64,000 nucleotides of DNA, from assembly GCA_973895155.1 (NCBI GenBank), contig OZ316891.1, positions 16,457,651 through 16,521,650 of the forward strand. Direction: 5' to 3'. The notes under the pieces were generated by a model. It saw only the letters and a program-made list of their open reading frames with translations. It did not search any database and was not told the origin of the DNA. Below, in pieces: positions 36,740-48,181 of the stretch. Every line of letters starts with the position of its first letter. The first letter of the stretch is position 1. Origin of the DNA: Marsupella aquatica (lineage: Eukaryota; Plantae; Marchantiophyta). A program made the translations under genes and the position numbers.

Positions 36740-38900
36740 CATTGTGCTTCTTGAGATAACCTACTGACAAAATGAAGTCTACGGCTAGCCCTTCTAGAAA
36801 AAAAAACATCTCCTGACTAACAAAACTTTGTTGTTTGCCTATGATCTCTACTCAAAGTCTATGTACCACTCTCGACACTATCCCTTTTGTGTCATTGGCA
36901 CACTTGCACACTAACGGTTGTAGCAACTCTTGCACGTCCACCCCAAGACATGGCGCACCTGCCCACTTATGAAGCAGGCGGTCGGGCCTGTATTCACCAA
37001 AGCAACACCCCTGAGATTACCATTAGAAGTGATATTCACAAAAATCAGCTTGTCAGGATCCATTGTCTTAACCTTAGGTACTTTCTCTCGCAACAACACC
37101 TTCTCTCCGATAGAAATATCCCCTATAGGGACCTCGTCAACTACTAAGGGTTTGGTTAGAGCGATACTTACCTTAACGCCCTTCTGCCCCCATCTCCGCT
37201 CAGCTTGCCACCTTTCGTGGGACAACCCTTACTTTGATGGCCCATGGTGCCACATGTGTAGCACAAACCTTCAGCCCGCCTTTGCTTCACGAGCGTCTGT
37301 TTCTCTGCTTTTTGCGCTGATGAGGTTCCTTTCTTAAAGTTGTTGGCCTTCCGGTTGTGCTTTGCTTCTCTGTTCTGGGGCTGAGGATCTGAACCACCGG
37401 CCTCCGCCCCCTCAGGTTGCTTGCGCTTATCCCCAAGAATTTTTGCTTTCCCAACTTCCCCTTTGGATCCCTTGCCACCCACCTTCACCAAGTCCGGCCG
37501 GTTATTCACCAGCGTAGTGGCCTTGTCGAAGGCATCAGAAAGCATTTTAAACTCATGACGCTTTTCCTATAACTTTTCCCTGAGCAACGGCGGGAGTTTT
37601 ACTATAAAGTGGTGAAGCTGTGTATGTAGGGTCCCTTGCCCCACCGGAATACACAACAACTGGTTCTGGTAGTAAGTGATGAACTTTAGGATATCACCTC
37701 TGAAGCTCATTTTGTTACACATTTTTGCTCGTGCCGCTCTGGGTACTTAGTGGTGACATGAGCACGGAGACCCTCAACCAGGTTTTCCCAAGTTAACGGC
37801 AAGGAGGAGTCCTCTTGCAACTTCTTCCAAGACTTGTACCAAGTCAAGGCATAGTCCTTCAGGTAAGGAGTGGCCGCGGAGACTTGTACCAAGTCAAGGC
37901 ATAGTCCTTCAGGTAAGGAGTGGCCGCGGTAGCCCAAGTGGACCGCTCAATGCACGCCTGGAGATAATCTTCATTGTGGAGAGCCAACTTAGGAACTTCT
38001 GTCCATTTTGCTCGTAGACCCCGTCGTAAGTTGGAGGAGTCGATAGCTGGTTCACTTGGAACATACTCCATCCAACTACCATTCCCCCCTTGGGATGCGT
38101 TGCACTTTGACTACCCAGACTAAGTAAGTACTACTTAATATGGGTCCCCTTGTTGTGTTCCAACTGCTCATAAATGAGTCGTTGGTCTTGAGTCAATGGA
38201 CCCAAACCGTCGTCAGTAGCTGGGCCTTGTGGGTTGTATGAGGACGGTCCTCCAACCGCCTTTCCTTTGCGGGCCGCATGTCCTTAGGTTCTCTAGTGGA
38301 TTTTGGTGACACTCCCCGCGACTTACAAGCACCATGACCTCTCGGGGCTGTGGCATCACCCACATTGTCTTGTATCTGCTTGGTCAAATTATCCACGATG
38401 ACGTCCGGCTTGACATCATCTTCTAGTTCCGCATCCAACCCTCTTAAGGCTCGGATCATTCCCTCCTCTGTGTCCTGACCTCTTCCTTTGATTCAGTCTT
38501 TGAACCATTGTTGCTTTCATCTGAGTCAGAGGTATCATCACTTGACTTGTCCTTTGGAGGATCTGTCACCTCCTTCCCTTTAAGTGGATGGTGCTCCGCA
38601 CTTGAAGTGTTTGCTATGGCAGTCAATGGTTTGGCCACCATGTCTTTGTCATCTTTCTTGTAGCGTTTGTCTAGGGAAGTTGACCCGTCTTCCCTCTGTT
38701 CTTCTTGAACCTGTGCTCTCCCCTTGGTGGGAAGAGCCTTCTTGCCACTCTTTGATTGAGTGTTCTTCATCATGTCTCCAGTGACCAAATCTGCCTGCAG
38801 TCGACCCGCCAAGCACGTTGAAGCACTAAGTCCCCGCAAAATTCTTTTAAGATTTTTGGATTCCAACCTAGCACAACTCCTGCCCAATGTCTATGCCGGC
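36740..38900 (-). pseudogene. gag: Second Ty3/gypsy gag-protease, degenerate (tRNA-iMet primed)
   Basis: YLKDYALTWY...LTWENL (Gag), CYTCGTMGHQSKGC, ALVNTGPTACFIS and DFILSVGYLKKHN (protease); 50-bp tandem duplication at 37830-37929. Confidence 0.85.
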
Positions 38901-38904
38901 AATT

Positions 38905-38916
38905 GCTCTGATACCA
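38905..38916 (-). promoter_or_regulatory. PBS complementary to tRNA-iMet (TGGTATCAGAGC)
   Basis: GCTCTGATACCA on the + strand, upstream of gag. Confidence 0.92.
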
Positions 38917-38920
38917 CAAG

Positions 38921-39769
38921 TGGTGGACCTTGCCACCCAACACCCTCACCAATCCCAACACCCACGCCTAAGTGCCTTTGGTGCCCGAACGCCTCCACGG
39001 AATACCTCAAGCAAACAACTTGATGCTTCTTGCACCACCTGCGGCCCCTCCCATACGAAGTCGCACTTGCTCTCTAACATGACCGCTACTCAATGGTCTT
39101 CACTGTCTGCATAAGCAACCAAGCGTCTTGGTAAATAACCCTTGAGGATCTAGATATCCCAATTTTAGCATCCTAACTCAAGCTCAACAGACATTGGTAA
39201 GTAGGTCAATAATAGGTCCTTTCGATGACATAAGTTGGAACCAGACCCCATACCCATTGTTTGTCAAGAACAACTACTTCCTTGGGTGCAGCCCGGGTTC
39301 CCCCTCGTACCTATCCATCACCAATTGACTGCCCTGCCCCTAGGACATGCTCATGGCCCAAATAAAGTAGCTTGTCCTAGAGCTTGTCCCAAGCTTGTCT
39401 CGACAGGTCGGGACCAGAATGGCCCCGACTCTAGCAACCAACTCCCGGTTCTTGCCCAACTGACAATCTAGGGGCCAAGTTCCCTTGGAACTCAACCTCC
39501 ACGCCTACTTGGCCTTTCCTCCCCAATGCAAGCTCCCTTGGGAGATTGAACGCGGCTTGGTTGTTATTTTGGCAGGATTTGGCAAGCAAGCAAGATAGCC
39601 CCCGCAAACCCCGAGAACCTATGGCACCCCAGACCCAGTTGAGCTCAAGAGGACATAGCCTCCTCAAGAGCTTTCCAATGCACCCAAGTTCCCCAATGGA
39701 CTTCCCGTTGGAAAGTTATCACCATTTCCGTTTGGCGTTTTCCCTTAGTGTCGCGACCGCCGCGGCTCA
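38921..39769 (-). mobile_element. Probable 5' LTR of the iMet-primed gypsy element (continues past 44447; far end not resolved)
   Basis: Non-coding DNA directly 5' of the PBS, with a CA end at 38921 on the minus strand. Confidence 0.55.
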
Positions 39770-42700
39770 TGTGATGCCTAGCCAGGAATCACTCGGGCAG
39801 TGAAGTGGGTAAAGCAGGAATGCACCCTAGAAACACCTTAGTATAGGGACAAAACAAGGAAAATATAAACAATTAGGGGCGATTATGGAACCCGGGCCGA
39901 GGCCGGAGGTAAGGACGCTGGGGGTGAAAACTCGATTAGGGTTAGGGCGCGCTAAGCGTCGGCGGCTAGGAAGGATCAACGGGAGGAAGGACCGGAAGAG
40001 GAGAGGGGTAAGGAGCGCTTGCAGGAGATGGTGGCTCATTTGCGAGCACGAACTAGGCAGATGACTACGGGAGGCCAACTACTGTCAGCTGCTTAGGCAA
40101 GCACTTGGGGAGAGAATAGATACTGACGATCGACCTAAGGAGGGTATGAGCAACGTCAATCAAGCGGCACATTTCTGGGGATGCCTGTTCGAACGGGCAA
40201 CTGAGTACATCAAGACTTACGAGGACGAGGAATCAGAAAGGGCAGCTCGAGAACGGCAGGAGCTCGCTCGATTGTGGGAGCTGCAGAAGACGGCTTTCTT
40301 AGGAGGCGAACTCATCAAGGACGAGTTCTTGTGGACCCCTACTTCCAATCAGCTCAACGATCTTCTGTTTTGCAAAGACAGCGTCGTCGGCATCCGAGAG
40401 GCCATCAAGAACTGCAACAACATACACTGGGAATTGAAGGGTAGCACGGAAAGGTGGACCCAGGCAACGGTGCTAGGAGAAACCTCCACGGCAGCAGAGA
40501 TGAAGAGGAAGGGAGCCGTCAACGATGAAGCCACCCCAGCAAAAAGAACGAGGTCGGCGGCACCAAAGAAGCCAGCCGAGCAGCAGAGCAGGAGGCAGGG
40601 AGAAGCCGAAGAGGAGGAGGTTGATCCCATCAAGGCCATTCCAACCAGGGATGACACTTGGAAGGGCTGGGCGGCAACCCTACCGGTGGAGGTGCAACTA
40701 CATTTTGCACGGGAGGAGGATGCATGCTTTACGGCCATGCAGACCAAGAAGTACCAAGGCTTCATGGCCGGATCCGGCTTAGAGGCCTTTGTAAGATTAC
40801 CATGGCTGAAGCCGGAAGTACCGGATTCAGACCTATTAGAATTCGTGGGGTCATGGGAACCCGAGACCAATTGCACGAGGATATATGGGAAGGATTTCTA
40901 TCTTACTCCCAAAGTGATTGCCGAAGTGTTTGGATTGCCGATAGGCAATAAGACCAAAGTTGATACCAGGAAGACCTTGCCTGACAAGGAGTTCCGGTCG
41001 TTCCCCGGGCCATCAATGAAGAATGGCTTCTTCCGGAACACCTGCACCAACCCGCACATAGGAGAGATGATCGACTTCTTGAGGGTGACCATGCATTGTA
41101 ACTTGCTGAGGGCAGAGATCGGCAAGGCACAGGTCTATCTGGCAGAGAGGCCAGACCCAAGCCGGGACTACAACGGGTACCTCCTCAACCAATTGAAGAA
41201 GATCTTAAAGGAGGAGCAATAGGTAATCGGCATGGGGAGCATGTCGCGGCTTGGCTATCACATGCCGCTGTTGTGCCGGTATGCCAGAGGTCAGAATTTT
41301 GCCCCAGTACTTCCCCTGTAGGTAAGGGCACCCGAGGAAGCTCCAGCACCGAGGCCGGTAGCAGAGAAGCCTCAACCACCTGTTAGCCCTACGATCGAGC
41401 AGGTGTTTAGACCAAGGAAGGAGGACTTGCCGATGCAGCAACCAGGCATGCAGAGTCTGCTGAAACTACTGGAGAAAGAGAAGAGATCGGCATCGGCAAC
41501 GGCAACGGCAACGACAACAATGCAAGACACTACTCCAGAGGTAGGCTTACACCGGCTTACAAAAGAAAACCCCTTTGCTGGAGACAAGGAGAGAATCAGG
41601 TCGGAATCCAAGCCAGGTGTTCGAATGTATGTGGGAGTCTCAAGCTCTGAATCTGAGGCAGAATTGCCTGAAGCTCCTACCAACAAAGAGGAGAGGGAGA
41701 AGCCGGACGTCCAAGAAGTAGAGGAGGCAGTGGAGGACTGCAGCCATGATAACTCCGGCTATGGGTCGGACCATCACGTTCCAGGAGTAAGGACCTGTGG
41801 CCGGTTTGTCCCCACACTTCCGAGGGTAGTACGAGGGGACCCCAACCAGCAGAGTAGCCCTGAGTCTCCCCCACCAGATGTTGCTCCCCCGAGCTTTGAC
41901 GGCATAAAACAGACGGTGCAGGAATTTCAGGAGCGAACCAGGCAGGAAGAGGAGGCAGCCCTGGCTAGAGAAAAGGATTTGCCAGGAGGAGATTGGCTGG
42001 AGGACATCAGGCGGCTAGCCGAAAAAGGAAGCAAACCTCTAGCCACGATTGAAGAGATCCGCAAGACGGCTTGGGAGCAGAGGCCGCGATGGGCGATGCC
42101 GATCACTTCTACTTACTCCACCTACGCTAAGAATAGAGCCATGGAGTATGGTGAGATGTGTGGGGAACTTGCGCTCGGCATCTTTGGAGAGGAGTTGGAG
42201 GTAGGACCCTTTTTCCATAGGGAGCAGTTGGAGAAGCACCAATTAGAAGAAGCGGTGGCTTTAGAGAGAAGCAAGAAGGACGAGGTCATTCGGCGGCTTA
42301 GGAGGATGGAAGCCGAGATTGAAGATCTAAGGGCGGCCAAGAAAGCCCAAGATGAACTGCGGATTAAACGGCATGAGCTAAACATCATGCAGGGGCAGCT
42401 GGACACCGCACAGGCTGATAATCAAAATATCAAGGATAAACTGACTGAAACGCAGGGAGAGTTGGCCGATACGATCAAAGAGAGGGAGAAGTGGAAGCGA
42501 GAGCTGAGGAATGTAGAGGAGGCCCACATAACCGCCAACAACCGGGCCATGGCGGAAACCCAAAGAAAGGAATGGGCGTTGAAGGGGGAGCTCAAGAAAA
42601 TCCGCGGAGCCCTTGAGCAGAAGGAGGCCGAGTTAGGAAAATCCTATCAAGGGATTATGGCGCTGCAGCAGGAGCTTGCGTCCCTGACGGCCAGCTTCAA

Positions 42701-44442
42701 GGCCGACCTAAGGGAGAAGGACGAGATGCTCGATCAGACTTACGCCAAGATGAATCAGATGGAGTCTGTCATCATTGCAGAGCTCGACAAGGAGCTAAGA
42801 GCAACCCGGGAGGAGAGGGCTACCTTGAGAAAGAACGGGAGGAAGCCCAGAAGGAACTAGAGGAGGCGTGCAAGGACCTGGATGAGACCCAAGAGGAGTT
42901 GGAGGAGATCACGAGGAAGATGGAGAACCTCCAACGGCGGGCCGACAACCAAACAGAGCGGCTGAAGAAACAAGCCGCAGTATTTAAGTGCTTGTCTTCA
43001 TCAGGCCCAACTCCAATTGGGGCAACCAAGTTACCAGGAGTGGTACTGGCCAAAGAAAAAGCCGCGCCACCTGCACCAGTGCCGGAAGTAAGTGGGAAGG
43101 GGAAGGGACCAGCTGCCGAACCAGAAAAGAAGAAGAAGCGGAAACCTTCAGGGTCAAGGAGTAATACGACTCCACTAGCCGTGGTGACCAAGGAGGTAGA
43201 CCCAGCACCAACCTCCGGCAGGAACACGGCAATAGATCCCACTATCACCAAGGGTGGGGAGGGTGCGGCCCAAGCTGAACTACTCAATCATGAGGCCGGT
43301 ATCCCAGATCCGCCTCTTGAGCAGGCCGGGGAGACCGTAGCCGAGGCTGAGGCTGTAGCCGATAATGATTCCCGAGCCGATGCCGACGCCGATGGTGGAC
43401 CCAGTCAGGCCGATGGAGAGTTGACTCAGTCAAGGGTAGGTAATCTGTCAGAAAACGAACCTACGGCAATGGCTGAGGAGGAAGCGTTGGGGGCGTCCAT
43501 TGAGGATCCACCACCGGTGTCGTGACGGTGCAAGGGCGCCGTTCCTTTTAGGAAGGGCGGACGTGGAGGGAGGAGGCGTGAGTGGGCAGGGCGGGCGCTG
43601 ATCTCCAAGTTTAGGATTAGGATCAGGACCAGGAGCGGCCCTGACACTTAGCTTAGTGGGATTGCGGTTCCACTGGTAGGAGCAACACTTGTGCTCTTGC
43701 CTTGCTGTACATAGGTAGATCCGGGCAAGTAGATTACTGTTAGGTAGATTAGGCTTACGCTGCAAGGAATTAGGCGGATCCACTACCAGGATAAGTACCT
43801 GGGCAACGGGGAGCTCAGGGCCTCTTCTTTAGCAAGTTTTTAGTTTGCACCAGCCGGGCTGGGATCAAATAGTAAGGGAAGCTCTTGGTTAGTCATACAG
43901 TGACCCTTGTGTATATTCATGTTTCCTCATGCCTAAGAGCTTAATAGAGTTGGCCTCACGGCTTAGTTCGCAGAGCTTGTGTATGAGATGTACTGTTTGT
44001 ATGACAAGTGCATGGTATGACTCGGTCAGAAGGAGTCATTTTGCTATTTGTGTGTCGCATTAACTTGTGTGAAGAGTGCCCACATCAACTAACAGTAGGA
44101 AGGAAAGTAAGCAGGGGAGTGAGAGTTGGATGTGTCGAGTTGAGAGAGGTCTTAGCGGCTTAACCAAGCCTATTGGGGATCATTCCGGCGGCGGAATCCA
44201 AACATACCTAACAAGACAGAGGGGAAGACAAGGGAAGGCCTAGATTAGGCCGGCTACGTATCTCATGACCCAATGAAGGATCTGTCCAGTATATGTGTGT
44301 AAAATGTTAATAGTAGTAGTAGAAGGTTAGCAGCGTCCCATGCCGCTAAGCCGCGGAAACGGCCTCGCCAAGCGCGAAACCTGCGGGAATCGGCTTGAGT
44401 TGGGGGGTTTCTTGGGTTTAGGGAGCCATGGGACGGACCACA
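39770..44442 (+). mobile_element. Giant solo LTR family X (4673 bp) with 5-bp TSD GCTCA
   Basis: GCTCA at 39765-39769 and 44443-44447; ORF pieces 40146-41222, 41403-42860, 42899-43525. Confidence 0.96.
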
Positions 44443-46561
44443 GCTCACAACTTTGGCTCGTCCTTAGCCCCTGTGGTAAGTGTAATAATACAAATGTATA
44501 TACTTTTATCCTTAAATACCAAGATTCGGTCCCGTAAAGAATAAACAGAGCGATTTACCAAGGTTTTGTGATGTTCGAAATCTTCAAGTGATTTCTTTGC
44601 TATTTTCCTTATATAATCCTGAAACGATTAGTATGTCACAAATGCTGAAATGAAATTCCTTAGGTTCGGCTTCTTCTCAATAGATTGAAAGGTTTTCTCT
44701 TCCCTCTAACTTCCTTATACACTTATTAGTGATCGGTTTTACGTTAGGAAGGTTGGTACAATTCCCATTTCAACTAGATTTCAAAGGCACACCTTAGTTA
44801 TCCATTCAGATCTATTTCCTACAACTAATTCAAACATCAAAACTTGAATACTTAAGTTTGATTCATGAAATGTTTGAAATTCAATTGATGTGAGTGGTAC
44901 AAGTCTTCTCCATTAAATTCTTTCTCCTAAGCCCAATTTGGCATGAGAAAAAGACCCACACTTGGTCAAAAATCAATGTTGAAGAAAAGACAATGAATCA
45001 TGATCTTGGGAGTCCACTTGTAAGGCTCCCTCAAAAGGTTTAAGATGCCAAAAGGTTTAGAAGCCTAAAAACCTTTTCTCATCTAAACTAAAGGTCCTAA
45101 AAGGTAAACTAAGACTAAGACTCTCTATATCTAATTCCTAAAGGTACACTAAAGTATGTCCCTCTATATCCTACTCTATCTAACTCATTGGAAAGCTCAA
45201 GAGGTGAGAAAAGAGATAGAAAACGATTTAAGTAACATATGCCGAAAAACCTTGGAGAATCTGTTTGGGTTATTCTGAAGTTGGTCTTTTGGGACCAAAC
45301 TGAAATTCTCCTTATAGCCCTTGGAAAGAGCTTTCCAACGCACCAAATATCTCCTCAAACCGACATCGGACCGATCCACAATCGTCCGTCAAAGTTGCTG
45401 CTGAAAGTCTAAACCGATTTTCCAACTTCCAAAGCGATTCTTCAGCTTCGGTTCTGAGCGATTTCTTTCGGATTTCTTTGAAAGCGATTGTTTGTCCGAA
45501 GCGATTCTTCCTTCCAAACTCAAACTTCTTAGGTTTCTTCCATAACATTCCTTTGAGGCTTAAAATGGATTAAGGGGTGATGGATAAACATAAATAAGCT
45601 TCAAGTAAGGTTTAAATGTTTTTAAATGGGGAGGACTGAGGAGGACTGAGGAGCCCAGCGGACTTGAGAAGGGTGGATGTTCTTGGTTGGGTCATCACTT
45701 TGGATCACTGTTTGACTTGGTAATCTGGTAGGAGATGACGGTCGTGATTCCCTACTGTTTGCGATTAGCATTATTGGATTTGGATGAGGAAATGTTGAGC
45801 GCATGACAATGGTAGGATTAGGGCTATCGGGAGTAAGGGTCAGGATGGCAAAACCGTTGTCTTCTTAAAAGGTGAGCAGCTTATCCTCAAACGGGGACGG
45901 GGAGGCAAGTAAGAAAGGTTTGGATGTAGGGATCGATTGCGAAAACCTATGGGCAAGCAGGAGCACGGGCGGAAGTGGTGAAAGTGGAGACTCGGCCAAA
46001 CAAGAAGTCAACAAAGTAACTAGAGAAGGGTTTGCAACGGAGCAAGGTGGAAGATCTGTGGGGAGATACAGGCATTCGAGATTACTTCAAGTGGGAGGTG
46101 AGAAGGGACATCTCCCTGTTTTACTTTCTGATCTAACTGTCTGACATAGCCAAGTAATGTCGATCATTGGAACCGAGGCGGAGTTAGGGAAGAACAGGAC
46201 AGAACAACTGCGTGGACACACGGACTTGGCTCCCCTGGGGAACAAGGAAGGAATTAGTGCACATGCTAGGGAGGCAAACGAACGATTTAGCAAACAGGAT
46301 TCTCGGAGTACAGCTCCCCCTAATGGTAGAGGCTTGCTAGGTTCCTCTTTCAGATGCCCGCAGTATAAGGCGCAGGAGCCCTATGATCTATTTGACAATT
46401 CTGATTAAGGACGTAAAGGAAAAGACACAGAGCTGTCATCATCAACATGGGAGACCCGCAATTCCACGAGGATCCACTCTCGGGTAACAGCTGACCGCGG
46501 CGCGAAAGGAATTGAATCTGGTCCCCATCAAGGGCGTAGTGCTGAGCCGGGGATCAAGGAG

Positions 46562-48181
46562 GTGGATGTGGGCAAACACTCTGAGGGAGAGGAGGGGACG
46601 GAGGTATCTGAGGAATGTATTACGATTCTAAAAGAAATCGCAGCAAACTCAAAGGGAGACTGGAGCACTAAGTTGTTTACGTCTGTAGACTGGAATCTTG
46701 AGGAAGCGGTGTGCAATGTCAGGCAATTATACAACTGCGGCATGCTATGTTACTTTACGGATTGGACTCCTATGTTACCTGGGTTTCGAGCATGGATTGA
46801 AGAATGGATGGTTGAGGGGAGAAATTGGCCGGTGCTGCAAATCAAATTTGTCGGAAAAAGCTTCTACTTGGTGGTTTTTGAAAATGCGGATCACAGAGAC
46901 CTTGCCTTGTCGTCTGCACCATGGTTCCTTGAGCGCAAGCTGGTATACACATTCCCTTGGGACCCCTCATTTGACATTCGGGCTGAAAAGTTTACTAAGC
47001 TCCCTGTATGGATTGAGCTCCCTTTTCGAGCTCTGGTGCTGGAAGGGTGCCGTATCAAGATTGCGGAGTCTTTGGGCAAGCTGCTACATTACATTCAGGG
47101 TGCTGAATACAGCTCTTATCCCCACGATAGAGCCTGTATTCTCTGGGATACTGAACGAGAATTGCCAAAGAGTGCTCGAGTAAGGATCAGGAATGACATT
47201 GTCATCTGGCAGCCGATAATATTCAAGAACATACCTTACCACTGCTTCAAGTCCAACAAGCGGGGCCATTTGGCTCGGGAGTGCAAAGAAGGGAGGAATG
47301 TAGTAGCGGAAGCAGACCAGGAAAACAATGGGGAGGACATCGATGACACCCTTGAAGAATTGGATGCGACAGCCGAAGGAGACCCAGAAGAGGTACTGAG
47401 GACGCAACTAGCTATGAACTTAAGAGTAAGGACGGGAGCGGGCCCAATTGTCCCTAGAGAGGAAGGCACGGTGATAACAGATATACAAGCAGTTGAAGCT
47501 CTTATGCGAGTGGAAGCTGAACCCCCACTGGCCGAACCTGCTCAGGAGGGAAGGATAAATTCTAGTAGTGAGGAGGATGGGAACAAAGGAAGTCAGAGGC
47601 TGCGGATTGCGCCGGGCCGGGTAGAGATTCCTAATGTATTGACCACAGATACCTTGCCAATAATTCCATTGGATGCGGGGGCTGCAAGTTTTACACCTGT
47701 TGAAGTGGGGGTGGCCGCGGCTGAGATAGTAGCATCGATGGACTCACACAGCGAAAGTGCTGAGCCGAACGGATCTTCATATCATGGGGACACTGACGTA
47801 GATATGTCTGAATATGAAGCATATGTTTCAAGTAAAGGGAAAGATAGAGCGAGGAAGCTTGACAAAAGGACACCTCCAGCAGCTAAGAAGGATAGAGTTT
47901 CCCAAGAACCTAAAAAGCAACGATCTCTGAAATTCTCACACTCTTCTATCCTTGCTGTAGAAATTGAGAGGCCTGCTTCTGTGGACGGGAATGAGGGACT
48001 GACAATTGATATCGCTAACACACCAGGATCGGAGGATTGGACTGGGAAGAGGAACCTTGTGGAGCTAAAGGAGGATTATCAAATGGAGGAGACTAGCGTA
48101 ATTGCAATGGCCACACCGACTCACCGTAGGCGGGGGAGTGCGGGCTCTGGTACTTCTTCTGGTGGACGTGTTCATATCTAA
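46562..48181 (+). CDS. L1 ORF1 (DUF4283/RRM-like + zinc knuckle), degenerate
   Basis: FYLVVFENADHRDLALSSAPWF...PVWIELP; CFKSNKRGHLAREC; an upstream in-frame part is broken by stops. Confidence 0.85.
   Translation: MDVGKHSEGEEGTEVSEECITILKEIAANSKGDWSTKLFTSVDWNLEEAVCNVRQLYNCGMLCYFTDWTPMLPGFRAWIEEWMVEGRNWPVLQIKFVGKSFYLVVFENADHRDLALSSAPWFLERKLVYTFPWDPSFDIRAEKFTKLPVWIELPFRALVLEGCRIKIAESLGKLLHYIQGAEYSSYPHDRACILWDTERELPKSARVRIRNDIVIWQPIIFKNIPYHCFKSNKRGHLARECKEGRNVVAEADQENNGEDIDDTLEELDATAEGDPEEVLRTQLAMNLRVRTGAGPIVPREEGTVITDIQAVEALMRVEAEPPLAEPAQEGRINSSSEEDGNKGSQRLRIAPGRVEIPNVLTTDTLPIIPLDAGAASFTPVEVGVAAAEIVASMDSHSESAEPNGSSYHGDTDVDMSEYEAYVSSKGKDRARKLDKRTPPAAKKDRVSQEPKKQRSLKFSHSSILAVEIERPASVDGNEGLTIDIANTPGSEDWTGKRNLVELKEDYQMEETSVIAMATPTHRRRGSAGSGTSSGGRVHI

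Noticed and set aside
44448-45559. Additional LTR spanning the LINE (continuing at 52031-52620)
   Set aside because: Composition is LTR-like, but I could not find termini or a TSD.
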